DNA of 64,000 nt from Raillietiella orientalis (lineage: Eukaryota). The notes under the pieces were generated by a model. It did not search any database. It was given only the letters and a program-made list of their open reading frames with translations, and was not told the DNA's origin. Positions within the stretch are counted from its first letter, which is position 1. The number at the start of each line of letters is the position of its first letter. Below, one piece after another: positions 51,915 to 62,440 of the stretch. Position numbers and translations under genes: made by a program. The stretch covers positions 868,001 to 932,000 of the forward strand of contig JAYWIR010000042.1 in assembly GCA_036172245.1 (NCBI GenBank), read 5' to 3'.

Positions 51915-52101
51915 GCTTGCGGGCGAAGTGCATCGAGGCGCACCTGCAGACCAAGCGTTCCAAGGTTAGGGGGTCTCTTCTTTTTCGAACCAATTGGGCG
52001 GGGTTTGGGGAATTCGGAAGGAGCTACCAACCTGCTGAACTCGGGCCGCTCCTCAGGAGCTCCTCCAGCGATGGTCATTGGAAACAGGAAGGGAAGCTCA
52101 G
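49929..52101 (+). CDS. Spliced orphan gene, copy 2 (TM + acidic/Pro-rich + coiled coil); 3' end not defined
   Basis: Predicted exons: 49929-50102 (MDLL...IAMLVLAALGVLVLLVKLR...REK, AAG|GTGATG), 50617-51087 (AAG|GTATGT), 51797-51964 (ctgatttcag|, WRELEEENRRLR) and 52057-52101 (ELLQRWSLETGREAQ). All phase 0, 286 codons in total. Confidence 0.55.
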
Positions 52102-53246
52102 GTTCTCGCGAGCATCGGCCCTAGTCTCTGGAGGCACATGGGCGGACCTTGTAGGAACTGTCCTCGGAAGCGAGTGGGACAGGAAGGGCTTCGGCTTCTT
52201 CCTGTGTCCCGTTGTCGTGGAAGAAAATAAAATGTCGTTGTCTTTGCTTCCTTTTGGATTTCTTTTCCGTCTTTAACGTCTAACTGCAGTGGTTGGATAT
52301 TCTGCAGCTTTCTTGGTACTGGAGATAGGGGCGAAGAGCGCTTTTGCATGGTCGGATCCCGGCTTTGGAACAAAGTGAAGGGTGTTCTCCAAATGGCTTT
52401 CCCTAATTGGAAACGAAGAATTGACTTCGTGATTTTTCTGCAATGCTCATGTACCTTCTTCTCGTGTATCCGTCGGAATGGAGGGACCAGGGCGTTCCTC
52501 TTGGTTCCTGTTTGTCTCCGACGTTGGTCCTGGAAACTGCACAGGGAGGGAAGAGGGAATGGTAATGATTCTTTCGAGATCGCTCGCTATCTTTGTCGCC
52601 TCCCTCACCAGGGAACTCCAAGTGCTGTGGCTTTCGATGAGCTGCGCCTGTCGCTTGCTGCTGATGTATCCCACTCTCCACCCTCCTCCTTTTTCTTTTC
52701 GCCTTTTTGGGCATCCAACTCCCCACGCGCGCCTCGTGAGCCCCTCCAGCTGCTGCACTGGTTTGGCTTCCCGGGAGGCAGTCTCCGCTACCCACGCTTG
52801 CTGCTACGCAAAGCTAAAATTGGCATCCTTACTTTGCAGTCTTTTATCCGGAGGAATGAAAGTCAGGTGGTGAATCCGGCTGGGCGACAGCCTAAGAGCC
52901 TTGGTTCCTGCACCTCTCGGTTCCAGTCGGCGTCGAAGGCCCCGCTCAAAAGAGAGGGTGAAGGCTTGGGGATGCGCACGCTGGGACAGTCGCTGTGCTG
53001 CCTCTCCGGGATGCCTACCGTATTCACTGACCCGACGGCTACCTTTGAATTCTGCAATGACACATTGCTGAGCAGAAGTTGGGCTTATCTACTGCAGAGG
53101 CGGAGCTAGATCTTGACCCAATCTGGGAGGAGTTTTTTTTTCTTGCGGGAAGGATTCCTCGGAGTGCCGCACGTGCGTGTCTCCGCTCTCTCGCCCACCT
53201 GCCTCTTCTTGCCTGTTTTTCCTCTAGTCTTGTCGGAAATCGTACT

Positions 53247-54010
53247 CACCCGCATTGGTGGCCGTATGGCTAAGGTCTCCGCGTGTTGCACCAAGTGTTA
53301 CGGGTTCGAATCCGAGCCAGGAGGGGTTCGACTCCGAGAAATGGGAGCGTCGTTGGTTTCGAGTCGCAGCCCCGAAGGATGACGGTGCTTGGTACGTGGG
53401 CTTCGGGTGTGACACCGGTGGAAGCCAGAAGTCGGATGCTCCCGTCGGCTGACTGGGTCCCAATCCCATTCCAAAACCCTCCGGGGTTCTACCTGGAATC
53501 GAGGAACCGTTCCCTTCCAGTTATAAAAATGGAACCATGCCACGGAGGTGGTTGAAATCTTCCCTCGGGGGGTGGCCTCTCCAGAGCGTGGCAGGAGCTC
53601 TGCTTCCTTCAGAGAGCGCCTTCGCAGAAATTTGGAAACGCTCCTTCGGGATTTTCTTCAGAGGAGGAAACAAGGAGTGCATGCTTTCCGGGTTTCCTTC
53701 GAGGAGGAAATGAGGAGCGATCCCCACAAGCTGTGAAGTCCTTCCTGAGAGAATAAGGAAAAATTTTTCCTCCGAGGTGCCTTCCGGAGACAATCAGGGC
53801 GAGGGTTCCCTTCGGGTTTCCCTTCCCAGCGTGAGGAGAATAAACTCCTTCCTCCGGAGCCATCCTGGATTTATAGGGTGTCCCTCTGGGTCCACCCCTC
53901 AACGTGAAGAGTCACACGCACCCTCAGTGGCATGAGCAGTGTTGAAGGAACTGTGAACCTTCCCTAAGAAAGAGAATGGTTCTTGAGTACTTCACAAACC
54001 AAAAAAAAAG
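53247..54010 (+). mobile_element. tRNA-derived SINE-like element, copy 4 (best-preserved head)
   Basis: A-box-like tggccgtatggctaagg (53259), B-box ggttcgaatcc (53303), body shared with the other copies, poly(A) at 54001-54009. Confidence 0.85.
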
Positions 54011-54034
54011 CCGTACCGAGGCTCTGCTAAACTG

Positions 54035-54460
54035 ATGGCGCTTCCTGGCACAAGGAAGTCGCGTGACCAAACCGAAGACCTTTTGGGTCTGCATCTGGAT
54101 GGAGAACGTGGATTCCTGTCTTTGGAACGAACGGAGCCATTGTTCGGGCTAGCAAGACTGGGCACCAGGGGTCGGAGTTGCGTTTCACTGGCTTGCGTGG
54201 AGTGCACATTACCGCGTGGGCGGTTGCTGTGGACTGTCCACTTTGCTAATGTGCAGCCGCCGAAGCTTGAATGAAGTGTGGAAAGCAACTTCGGCGCATG
54301 GTCAGTCACCCTTGCGAAAGAGAATTCTTGGGCGCCCTGTGCCTTCACGAATGCAGGGCTCGGGTACAAGGAGCAGCTAAAACTTGAGGAGAAAGCACGC
54401 AGGTTCAGGTGAGAGAGCGATCTGCTCGTCGGCGATTCTTGGGCAGAAGAAACCAACCAA
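54035..54460 (+). mobile_element. Tx1/L1-like ORF2 remnant (post-RT region)
   Basis: Reads LLGLHL...ARLGTRGR...RLLWTV...APCAFTNAGLG (cf. YLGI...LSLxGR...LWY...PxxxGGLG). Confidence 0.45.
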
Positions 54461-55039
54461 CCACTTGTCGTAGAGCCGTCCTACCTAGGAAGCGTAATTA
54501 TAGTAGCCAACTGGCAGGAAGGAAGGTCTCCTAGGAAGTCGCAGGAAGGGAAGAACTGCGTGGATGTGGATGTAGGATGGCACCTTAAATTGTAAGCTCT
54601 TTGTACCCGTCTTTTTTTCTCTAAGAACTCCTCTGGGCAGATGTCCCTTGCTGCTTTAGGAAGATTCGGTGCTTCCTCTTGAACGGCAAGGGTGGGCTTT
54701 GTACTCTGCGTTGGGAACTCCTTGCAGCGTTCGCCGGCATTACCATGACCTGGAGACTCCAAGGCGTTTGTTTTCCTAAGAGAAAAGGAAACAAGCAAAC
54801 CACAACATCGGTCCTATGATCACAACATCCCCCTAAGAAGGTAAAAGATGCCACTTGCGGATCTATCAAAAGAAAGACATAAAGGCTGACGGAGAGGACA
54901 ATGAATAAATAAATAAAAGGGGAGGTAGGAAAGATAAAGATCCCTGTTAACCCTGCCGCGCCTTCTGCAGACTCCAGGCGAAGCAGGAGGCGTTCCCTTT
55001 GGCTACTTATCTCACCTGGACGCCGTTTGGCATGGCATT

Positions 55040-55510
55040 CCTCATCAGTGAAGAGGCGAGACTCAGGACCTTTGATTCTTTTGCTGACGAGCTTCCTGCG
55101 TGCATGGAGAATCGGCGAGCCTTATGCATTGCAGGATCGGTTGACCGAGGCGATTCATGTCGTGCGACAAGCAGCTCCGCAGCAGCTCCTTCAGGGTGTC
55201 TTCAGGGTGGTCAAGAGGTGTTTCCATACTCCGAAGAACAGCACAATGCAACCAGGGATCGTTTCCGCTCTTACGTGCATGGCATTCTGGAAGATGCTTC
55301 TCTTCATGCAGCAACGCAGGCGCTGACTGCACGCAGAGAAGCACGGACCCAGTGCACCAAGGGCAAAGCTGCATGCCGCCACCGCTTGGGGGTGAATCGA
55401 GAGCTGTTCGTGAATTACAGGAATGGAATGCTCAGAGCAGCATTCTACCACAAGTGGACAAGCAAATGGTCCTTTTGGACCCGTCCGAGATGTCACTGCG
55501 TGGGTCAGCT
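55040..55510 (+). pseudogene. Degenerate BIR-domain (IAP-like) sequence
   Basis: EEARLRTFDSF...LCIAG..DRGD...LQGGQE...EEQH...SYV follows BIR spacing, but the Zn-ligand cysteines are lost. A second BIR-like start, LRAAFYHKW/LDPSEMSLRG, is frameshifted. Confidence 0.4.
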
Positions 55511-55649
55511 GGGCCCACCCTCGATGACTCTCGGAATCGCCCCAAAGCTTCATCGCTCCTACCATGGACTTCTTCAAGTGTGAAGCTCGAGAAGCTGCGG
55601 AAGAACACCTCGAGGAGAGTTTTTGGGGGGTAAGTCGTCCATCCTCATG

Positions 55650-56080
55650 TCTTTCACTTGCTGACGACTTTTCCGGGAATCACTTCTTGCTGGCTCACGC
55701 GTCACCCTACCGATCGCTCAGAGGGTGAAATCGAAACCCCTCCTCCGAATGTCCCGAAAATTTGCAGAACCCACGGAATTCGGGCTTTCTCAACGTACGA
55801 CCCGTCGGCAATCCCGTCGCCGAATTCCATCAGTTTCGTGCAGTTCATGAGGGATGGCCGACCCGCCTGCCGCTCCGGCGAAGCACGGGACGCTCAAAAA
55901 GAGCAATGGATGCATAATTTTGCTCCAGATGGCGTGCACAGTGCCAGACTTGTCCTGCAGCCTTAGCAGGAACTCGTGGTCAACGCAGTTCGAACACCTT
56001 TTCGAAGGTCGACTGAGACAGCCAATCCCCTCTTCTGGGATTCTGTCCCCACGATGCTCCCGCTCAGCTTCCACCATTCC
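55650..56080 (-). mobile_element. Non-LTR reverse transcriptase remnant
   Basis: Minus strand reads GLAVSVDLRK/NCVDHEFLLR (cf. SLDxxKAFDxVDHxFL), then DGIRRRDC (cf. GVRQGCP). Confidence 0.55.
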
Positions 56081-56959
56081 TAGGAGTGATGCGTCCGTAG
56101 GTCCTTACTCGCGCAGTCGGAACCAGGTGGGCGTATAAGGTCAATAGGTCATCCCGGAGTGATTGTGGATTTCCTTCCACCTGTCCCACCTTAGAGATAT
56201 CCTAAAGAGCAACCGGATCTCCGCATTCACAGGCGGCGTGGATCTTCCGTGAGAGACGAACCCTGACTGACCCTTGGTTAGTCTTTAGGAACAGTAGTGC
56301 CAGTCTGTGTGTCCAGGGCATCAGTTTTGCGCATCACTATGAGCATCCGTTCAAACTGCAACCGCTATGTCTGGCCAAACGCAGTGGCTTCACGTCCATC
56401 GCCCCCGAGGTCACCTGTAAGCATTTCGCCAGGGAGAAGCCCGGAGGAATCTCCGTGAGTCCGGCGGTGGTCGTGAAGGCACCGACGTGCGGGGCAGCAC
56501 TGCTTTCTGCTCAAAAGCTGGCTGAAGATCTTTCCGCTTTGGCACTCGGAGAGCCAGACAGAAATCTCATCGCGTCGACACCGGCGACGACCATCGCGAT
56601 ACTTTGCTTTGATTGGATTCTGTCGGCTTCCCCTCGCCCGTGCCCATTCCGAGTCGACCACCTCGCACCAGGGCGCTCGGCCGCGCTCCGAGAAGAAAAT
56701 GGCGCGAGGCGTCTCGGCCGACCGACGCGTTCAGCAAGGCACTTCTTTTATTTGCACTTCAGCACTTAGGCCATTCAGCGGCTCGGAGTCCCGCTCAAGG
56801 TCGGGACGGGAGATGAATATCACTACGAGGGATGGTGCGCTCCCCGACGAGCAGCAGGCAGCCGCTGAGAGGACTCCGAGAGGACCCGTAGGAATGTTCC
56901 GCGCTAACGTTCGGGGAATCCTGAATGGTGGGTGATGCTGTCAAATGCCTGAGAATCCA

Positions 56960-57290
56960 TCCCGGCGGCTCTTTGTCCACGCAGACTTTTTGGAAACAAA
57001 TACCAGGGGAAGCAAGAGAAGAAGCGGCGAAGCACATTCGGGTTGGCTTCTGCATGAAGTAGCACCCACCCTCTGTCTCACTTTCTAATGCTGAATGGCC
57101 TTCCCAAGGTGCTTTACGGAGCGGCCTTCAGTCGAATGTGCAGGAAGACTTAGATGGGAGTGGAGTGGCTGCAGAGGAGGCTTCTGTGGAGAGACTCGAA
57201 CTTTTGTGCCGCCCACGTGAAGACGACGGGACGGTATGAAGTCGATCCGTGCAAATCGTGGATGCGCGAGAACCCCTGGAACTCGCCGAA
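56960..57290 (+). mobile_element. Tx1/L1-like ORF2 remnant (post-RT region)
   Basis: Reads LPKVLYGAAF...QRRLLWR/LELLCRPREDDG. Confidence 0.4.
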
Positions 57291-57294
57291 GGTT

Positions 57295-58082
57295 GGGACA
57301 GCGGCCATGTGGTAACGGTGTGCGCGCGTGGCACCAGGCGTCGCGGGTTCGAATGCTCGGAAGAAACGACGCCGAGTGTGTGCGTCGTAGGTTCGAGTTT
57401 CTCCTGCAAGATGACACCGGCTGGCCTCTATTCGGATGAGACGCCGGTAGCGGTTAAAACCGGGTGTCCCCGATGAGTGGCCGGGATTGGAATCGGCCCT
57501 CCGGGTCCATTCAGGTAGCTGAATCAAGGAGCAGGGAGTTCCCCTCCGACTGTTTAAAGGAGCGGACCGCCCCCCTTCTGGGGAGACCTTCCGTGTCGCA
57601 CCATGGAGTTAGTGTGCCGTCACCTTTCCAGAGTGCAAAGAAGCGTGCTCTCCCTTCGAGGAAGCGCCCTTTTGAATTTCGAAAGAGTCCCTTCGGGGTT
57701 CTCATCAGAGGAGTAAACAGGAGCGCTAACGTGAGATAAGAAACTTAAGATAACTTAAGATAAGAAAAAATGAAGCGGACCTCTCCGAGGGTTCCTCTGG
57801 AGAGAATAAGCAAGAAGATTCCCTTTGAGGTTTCCCTTCGGAGACAACCAAGGTGGAGGTTCCTTCGGGGATCCTTCCCTAGGCGTGAGAGGAACGGGCT
57901 CCGAGCGCTTGCTGGATTCATAGGGTGGTTCCCTCCCGGGGTATTCCCTATATTGAAGAATTACACGCTCCCTCGGGTGGCGTGTAACAGTGTAAAAGAG
58001 CTGCGTGAGCCTCCAGGTGCGTGACGGCTCTGGAAGTACTTGGCGAACGAAAAAAAAAGAAACCTGGAAGAAAAAAAAAAAG
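57295..58082 (+). mobile_element. tRNA-derived SINE-like element, copy 5
   Basis: Head gcggccatgtggtaacgg...gggttcgaatgc; core cctcgggtggcgtgtaacagtg at 57971; poly(A) runs at 58050-58081. Confidence 0.8.
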
Positions 58083-58699
58083 CTGGAAGGAAAGCAGCGA
58101 GGAAGACAGGGAAGAATGGGGTAGGTAGTCGTTTGCTGTGCCAGGAGACTATTCGAAGCTGCTAAGCAGCTTCGAGAAGACAACTCAGCAACTCGAGCGG
58201 CCTGATGTCAGTCCTAATTGGCAGACTTGGGGAATGGGATGACACAGACCCCACTGGAGAAAGGAAGCAGGCACTGGCGAGGATTCACCCAATGCTTTGC
58301 ATAAAAGAAGTGCTGAAAGAAAAACAGGCCATAATAATTCCCAGCTCCCATCATGTTTAACGGAAGACGTCTCAATGGATACGCCAGAGGTCCAGACTGA
58401 AAATTGGAGATTGCGGACAGTTAGCAAGTAGTCGCAGCCGCCACCGAATACGACTGTTCCGCTCCCTCCAGGACATGAGCGGACGACCAGGACCCCGAAA
58501 CAACTACTCTTGGTGTAAAATAAGGAAGAAACCCTCCGGGAGCTCAACCTTGCAAATGAAAAAACTGACGACATCCTCGCCACGGCTTTCAGCAGCTAGG
58601 GGATCTGCAACGTGAACCTGCGGGTGTTTGGAGTGGTGCAGTCTGAAGAAGCAACTTACCACTGAGCACGTGAGCTGACTTCCTCATGTTTCACTATAG

Positions 58700-58930
58700 A
58701 GGAATGGGTGTTTCCAGGACCAAACGCTAGACGGGCTAGATTGAGAAAGAGTTCGGCAAGGCATTTGGAGTCCCGGAAACGCAGATGGGACGTGCTCACC
58801 TGCCCGACGCTGCGCAGGACCGAACAGCACCGAACAGACCTGCAGGCGAGCTGAAGAATGGAAATCCCGCACGGATTGCTCGAAGGGTATGGCAACGTTC
58901 CCCGATACAATCCCATGGTACGAACAGCGA
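58700..58930 (+). mobile_element. Decayed gag-like ORF1 zinc-knuckle region of a non-LTR element
   Basis: Frameshifted LTC/RCAG and TDCSKG.ATF motifs, spaced like tandem CCHC knuckles. Confidence 0.3.
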
Positions 58931-59399
58931 TATCCCCCTCCATTACGATGATGGTGATAAGGAGAGCGAACAAGCAGAACAAGAAGGATAACGCCTGCCA
59001 TGGAAATCCGGAGAGGATTAATGAATGAAATCGGCATTAGGAACCGCAGACAAATCTCAGCCTGGAATTATCGCTACATCTTTGAAGAAGATTGAAGATG
59101 CTGACCAGGTGAATGAAAGATCCCAAATCCCCTGCTTACCAGGACCAAGAAACCCACTGATCAAATCCGGACTTGACTAGGGACAGTGGCGCTCAGCGCA
59201 GTGGAAAAAAAAAAGTTTGGACGGCAATGATGGAAGTGCCTGGTGTGATTGAACACTTGGTGTTGTCATGTGAACCGATTGTTTTGAATAGTGAATTTAC
59301 CCACCGCTTGTTGGTCCATGGGACAATAACGATAGTGGTCTATCAGGACTCGCGAGTTCAGAGGATGCACGCCAAGTCAGGAGTGGGACTCGGAGCCCA

Positions 59400-60836
59400 G
59401 GCGCTTTGACTTCCGAAGGGGCTTCGATCTCGCTAACAGCACCTCGGGCTCCACGAGCACTGGAATCCTTCACCTTGAAGACGGGGAGCATCCGAGTTGC
59501 ATCGCGGCACAAAGAACCAGCCTGGCAGATGGACTGGAATCGCAGTGCACAACAAACGGCTGAGGATGACGGGGAATTCTGGGCTGTGCGCCCTGAGAAT
59601 AGGAGACGAACGAACACGGCGGTGGCGCAGTTTCGCCAGTGCAGCTGCTGGTCCGAGATGAAGACGGCCTTCCAGGGAATCCCGAGGAGCCTCCTGTTGG
59701 AAATTCTTTTGGTCGACTGGAGAGCAGCCCATCTGACAATCGTCGCGACATGACGAGCAGAAAAGCCAGGCGCGTCCTCAAAGACCGCAGTTTCAAACGA
59801 GCTCATTTCCCATCAGCAGCTTAAGTTTCCGGAAACCACCAGGGAGGAGGAGCTCATGAGAAGCCTCGAAGAATCTTTCACGATGGGCGGGATCATTAAC
59901 GGCATCGGGAAGCTCAAGAGGGGCAAGGCTCCAGGAGAGGACGGCCTGCCTGCGGAGTGTTCCCAATGCTTCGCTGCGGAGCTGACCCCCTTGATACAAA
60001 AATTGACCCTGCTGATACGCGAAACAGGCAACGTTCCCGCCTCGTTTCGTTCAGCCAGAGTACGGCTCCTTCCCAAAGGAGGAGACCTATGGAACTGGAG
60101 GCCGATTACCGTGGTAAACGCGTACGCCAAGTTGCTAGCGACACTGTGGGCCGAGCGGCTGGGGCGGGTGGTAGAAAGCTTCATTAAACCTGAGCAGTCG
60201 TAGGTCGAGCAGCCTGGGTGTGTGTGAACCCAAACTGTGCAAGGTGAGGGGAACAGGAGTCCTTCCCGCACCTCCTGGTAGACTGTGTTGCCCTCCGGCC
60301 CCTTCAGGGACGCTTGTCCACGGTCGTTGGAACCCCCGGTGGCAATGCCAGAGTCGTTTTAAAACGCATCTTCCTGCGAGGTGCCCTCTCTCCAGCCTCA
60401 TCCCTAGAAGCACTGTGCTGCCTATGCGGGATCGTGTCCACATGGAACAACGCCAGAGGCCAGAACGACAGGGACGCCAACCATTTTTCTGTCCTCTTCA
60501 AAAGAACAGCGTCAAGATGTCCCCATCTGAGAACCATAAGACAGGAACTTGCCGGCATCCTTACAACGATGCAGGAGGTGCCCTCCAACACACAGTGATC
60601 CCTTCCCGAATCCCATCTCCCTCCCTTCATCTTTTTTGACTACAGTTTTTTTGTTTTGTTTTCCTTTTTTTGTTTATCTTTCCTTTCCTAGTGCTGCCGA
60701 GGAGCACCCTGCTGGCCTGCGTTCCAGATCCAAGTGGGTTCCTTTTCGTATTCATAAGTAACGTGGCAGGATCAAACGTCCTCCCACAGGCATGTAGGTT
60801 TAGAAATAAACGCCCCGGCGTGACCGGGTGTCAACC
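59400..60836 (+). mobile_element. Internally deleted Tx1/L1-like LINE (RT N-terminus joined to C-terminal zinc knuckle and 3' UTR)
   Basis: 59856-60203 reads KLKRGKAPGEDGLPAE...LLPKGGDLWNWRPITVVNAYAKLLA...IKPEQS. 60227-60286 reads NPNCAR*GEQESFPHLLVDC, with the stop at 60598. The 3' UTR is shared with 16771-17080. Confidence 0.85.
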
Positions 60837-62169
60837 AGGGAGAAGGAGCTCTGCCACTATCCGGGGTACTCCATGCTCGAGGGGTGCTCCATGTTTGCGA
60901 ATGGACGAAACGCGAACCCTGAAACTTCAATTGCAGCTGAGCGTCTGCGCTCACCGGTCTGAAGGAAGTACACTGCTCCTGCGCTTAGTGGCAGCAAGCT
61001 GCCGGAGTCTGTTTGTCTTGTTTGGCCTCGGTTTTCGGCCCGGACTGGGGGGAGGAAGGGAAACTGGTGTCCCCATCCCGAGAACCGGCTGCAGCGGAGC
61101 TGTCCACGCTTCCTCCGGAGAGAGGATGCGACGGATCTAGTCCGAGGGGAAAAACCGCGCAAGCTCCGACTTCCCTGCCCTGAAGTGGGAGCATGCCGAG
61201 GTGGCGCTCGTGGTCAGCCGACGAAAGGGCATCCTGGCATGTCGAACTGCGTCGTGTCTCTCTACTTCCCGTCCTGAGGGTCAGGGTGCACGCACTCCAC
61301 CTGCTGCTCGGTGAGTTCCGGGCTCCAGAGAGAGCAGGAGAGCACGTTGACTCCAGGTGAGAGCGCCCTTCGCTCACGCACTCAGGCGTTGGGAGCTCCT
61401 CGCTCCGTCTCCAAGGTGTTGCCGTCTCCCCCCTGGAGCACGGAGTTTTGGGGAATGTGCACAGGGTTTCTGTTTTCGCTCCGTGCAGCAGAGGCGCTGC
61501 GTTGTGATGGGGGGGGGGGGACGGAAGTTAACTTCCCTACCGGATATTCTGAATAGCGGAATCACCCGTCTTCTCTTCCTGCGGCAACGTGGCCTCGATG
61601 ACCACGATCTCCTGGAGCTGTTGCTGCATCTTGCGTATCACACCACCAAGGGATCGCTGTGCCCTCGACCGGCCTCTCCTGTGTAGCGGGCTAGGCGCCC
61701 CCTTCAGTTTTCAGACTCTGGCTCTGTCCTGAAATCGAAGGACGCCGCGCCGTCGCTACTTGGATCAAGGATTCCCCGAGGCACGCAAGAAATCTGGAAG
61801 CTTCCATCTGCTCGCGAGCAACGCAATTGGCGGCCGCAGCTGGCGGCAGGGTCGCTTAGGGGACGCGTTTGAGAGCCGTGAACCTTCTTCAGACGCTTTC
61901 GCTGCTTGATCTCGGTGGGAGCGAGTCTCCAGGTGGGGTGTACGAAACCGGGAAGGGGGAGACGAACTGCCTGTTTACGACTTCGTGTGCCTCGGCTTGC
62001 TAGCCTCGAAGAAGCCTGGGATATCTCTCGTTCCTGCGCACCCTTCAGCCGGGAGCTTCGGACGCCAGCAGAGCGCCTCTGCTGCAGCCAAGGACCGAAC
62101 AGCGAGTTGTGAGCTTCCAGGAATTCTGTCTCTGCTTCTTCCTTTCGGCTTATCTTCCGGGACGGCAAC

Positions 62170-62440
62170 AGAGCACCATCATGCACCCATTATCACGCCA
62201 CGACCTCAACAGGGTCAGCTTCACGCTCGCTCGCGCCTATCGAACGTGCATCCGGTCAAACCAAACGTACGGCAATGTCATTACGTACAGTCATTGGATA
62301 AGGGTTGCAGACGCCAAGGAAAGCCCTACTTTTGGCATCGAACACGTCTCTGACAAGCCGGTCCAAATTCCATCACCGCGAAATGGGGAGCTCTACGCCA
62401 TCGTCAAACGCTTACATTTATGCATCCTTCATCTCTTGTA
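62170..62440 (+). mobile_element. LINE ORF2 post-RT remnant (Jockey/CR1-like)
   Basis: Reads TLARAYRTCIRSNQTYGNV (cf. LxxxYKxxIRPxLxYG). Confidence 0.35.

Noticed and set aside
44133..51969. Long overlapping ORFs (343, 432, 518, 452 aa) in the inverted-repeat arms
   Set aside because: Stop-poor GC-rich sequence with Arg/Pro/Ala-biased antisense or off-frame translations; the spliced model explains the signal better.
53255..53320. Functional tRNA gene (also 33701-33765 and 57295-57360)
   Set aside because: No complete cloverleaf or oligo-T terminator, and each is attached to the same repeat body, so these are SINE heads.
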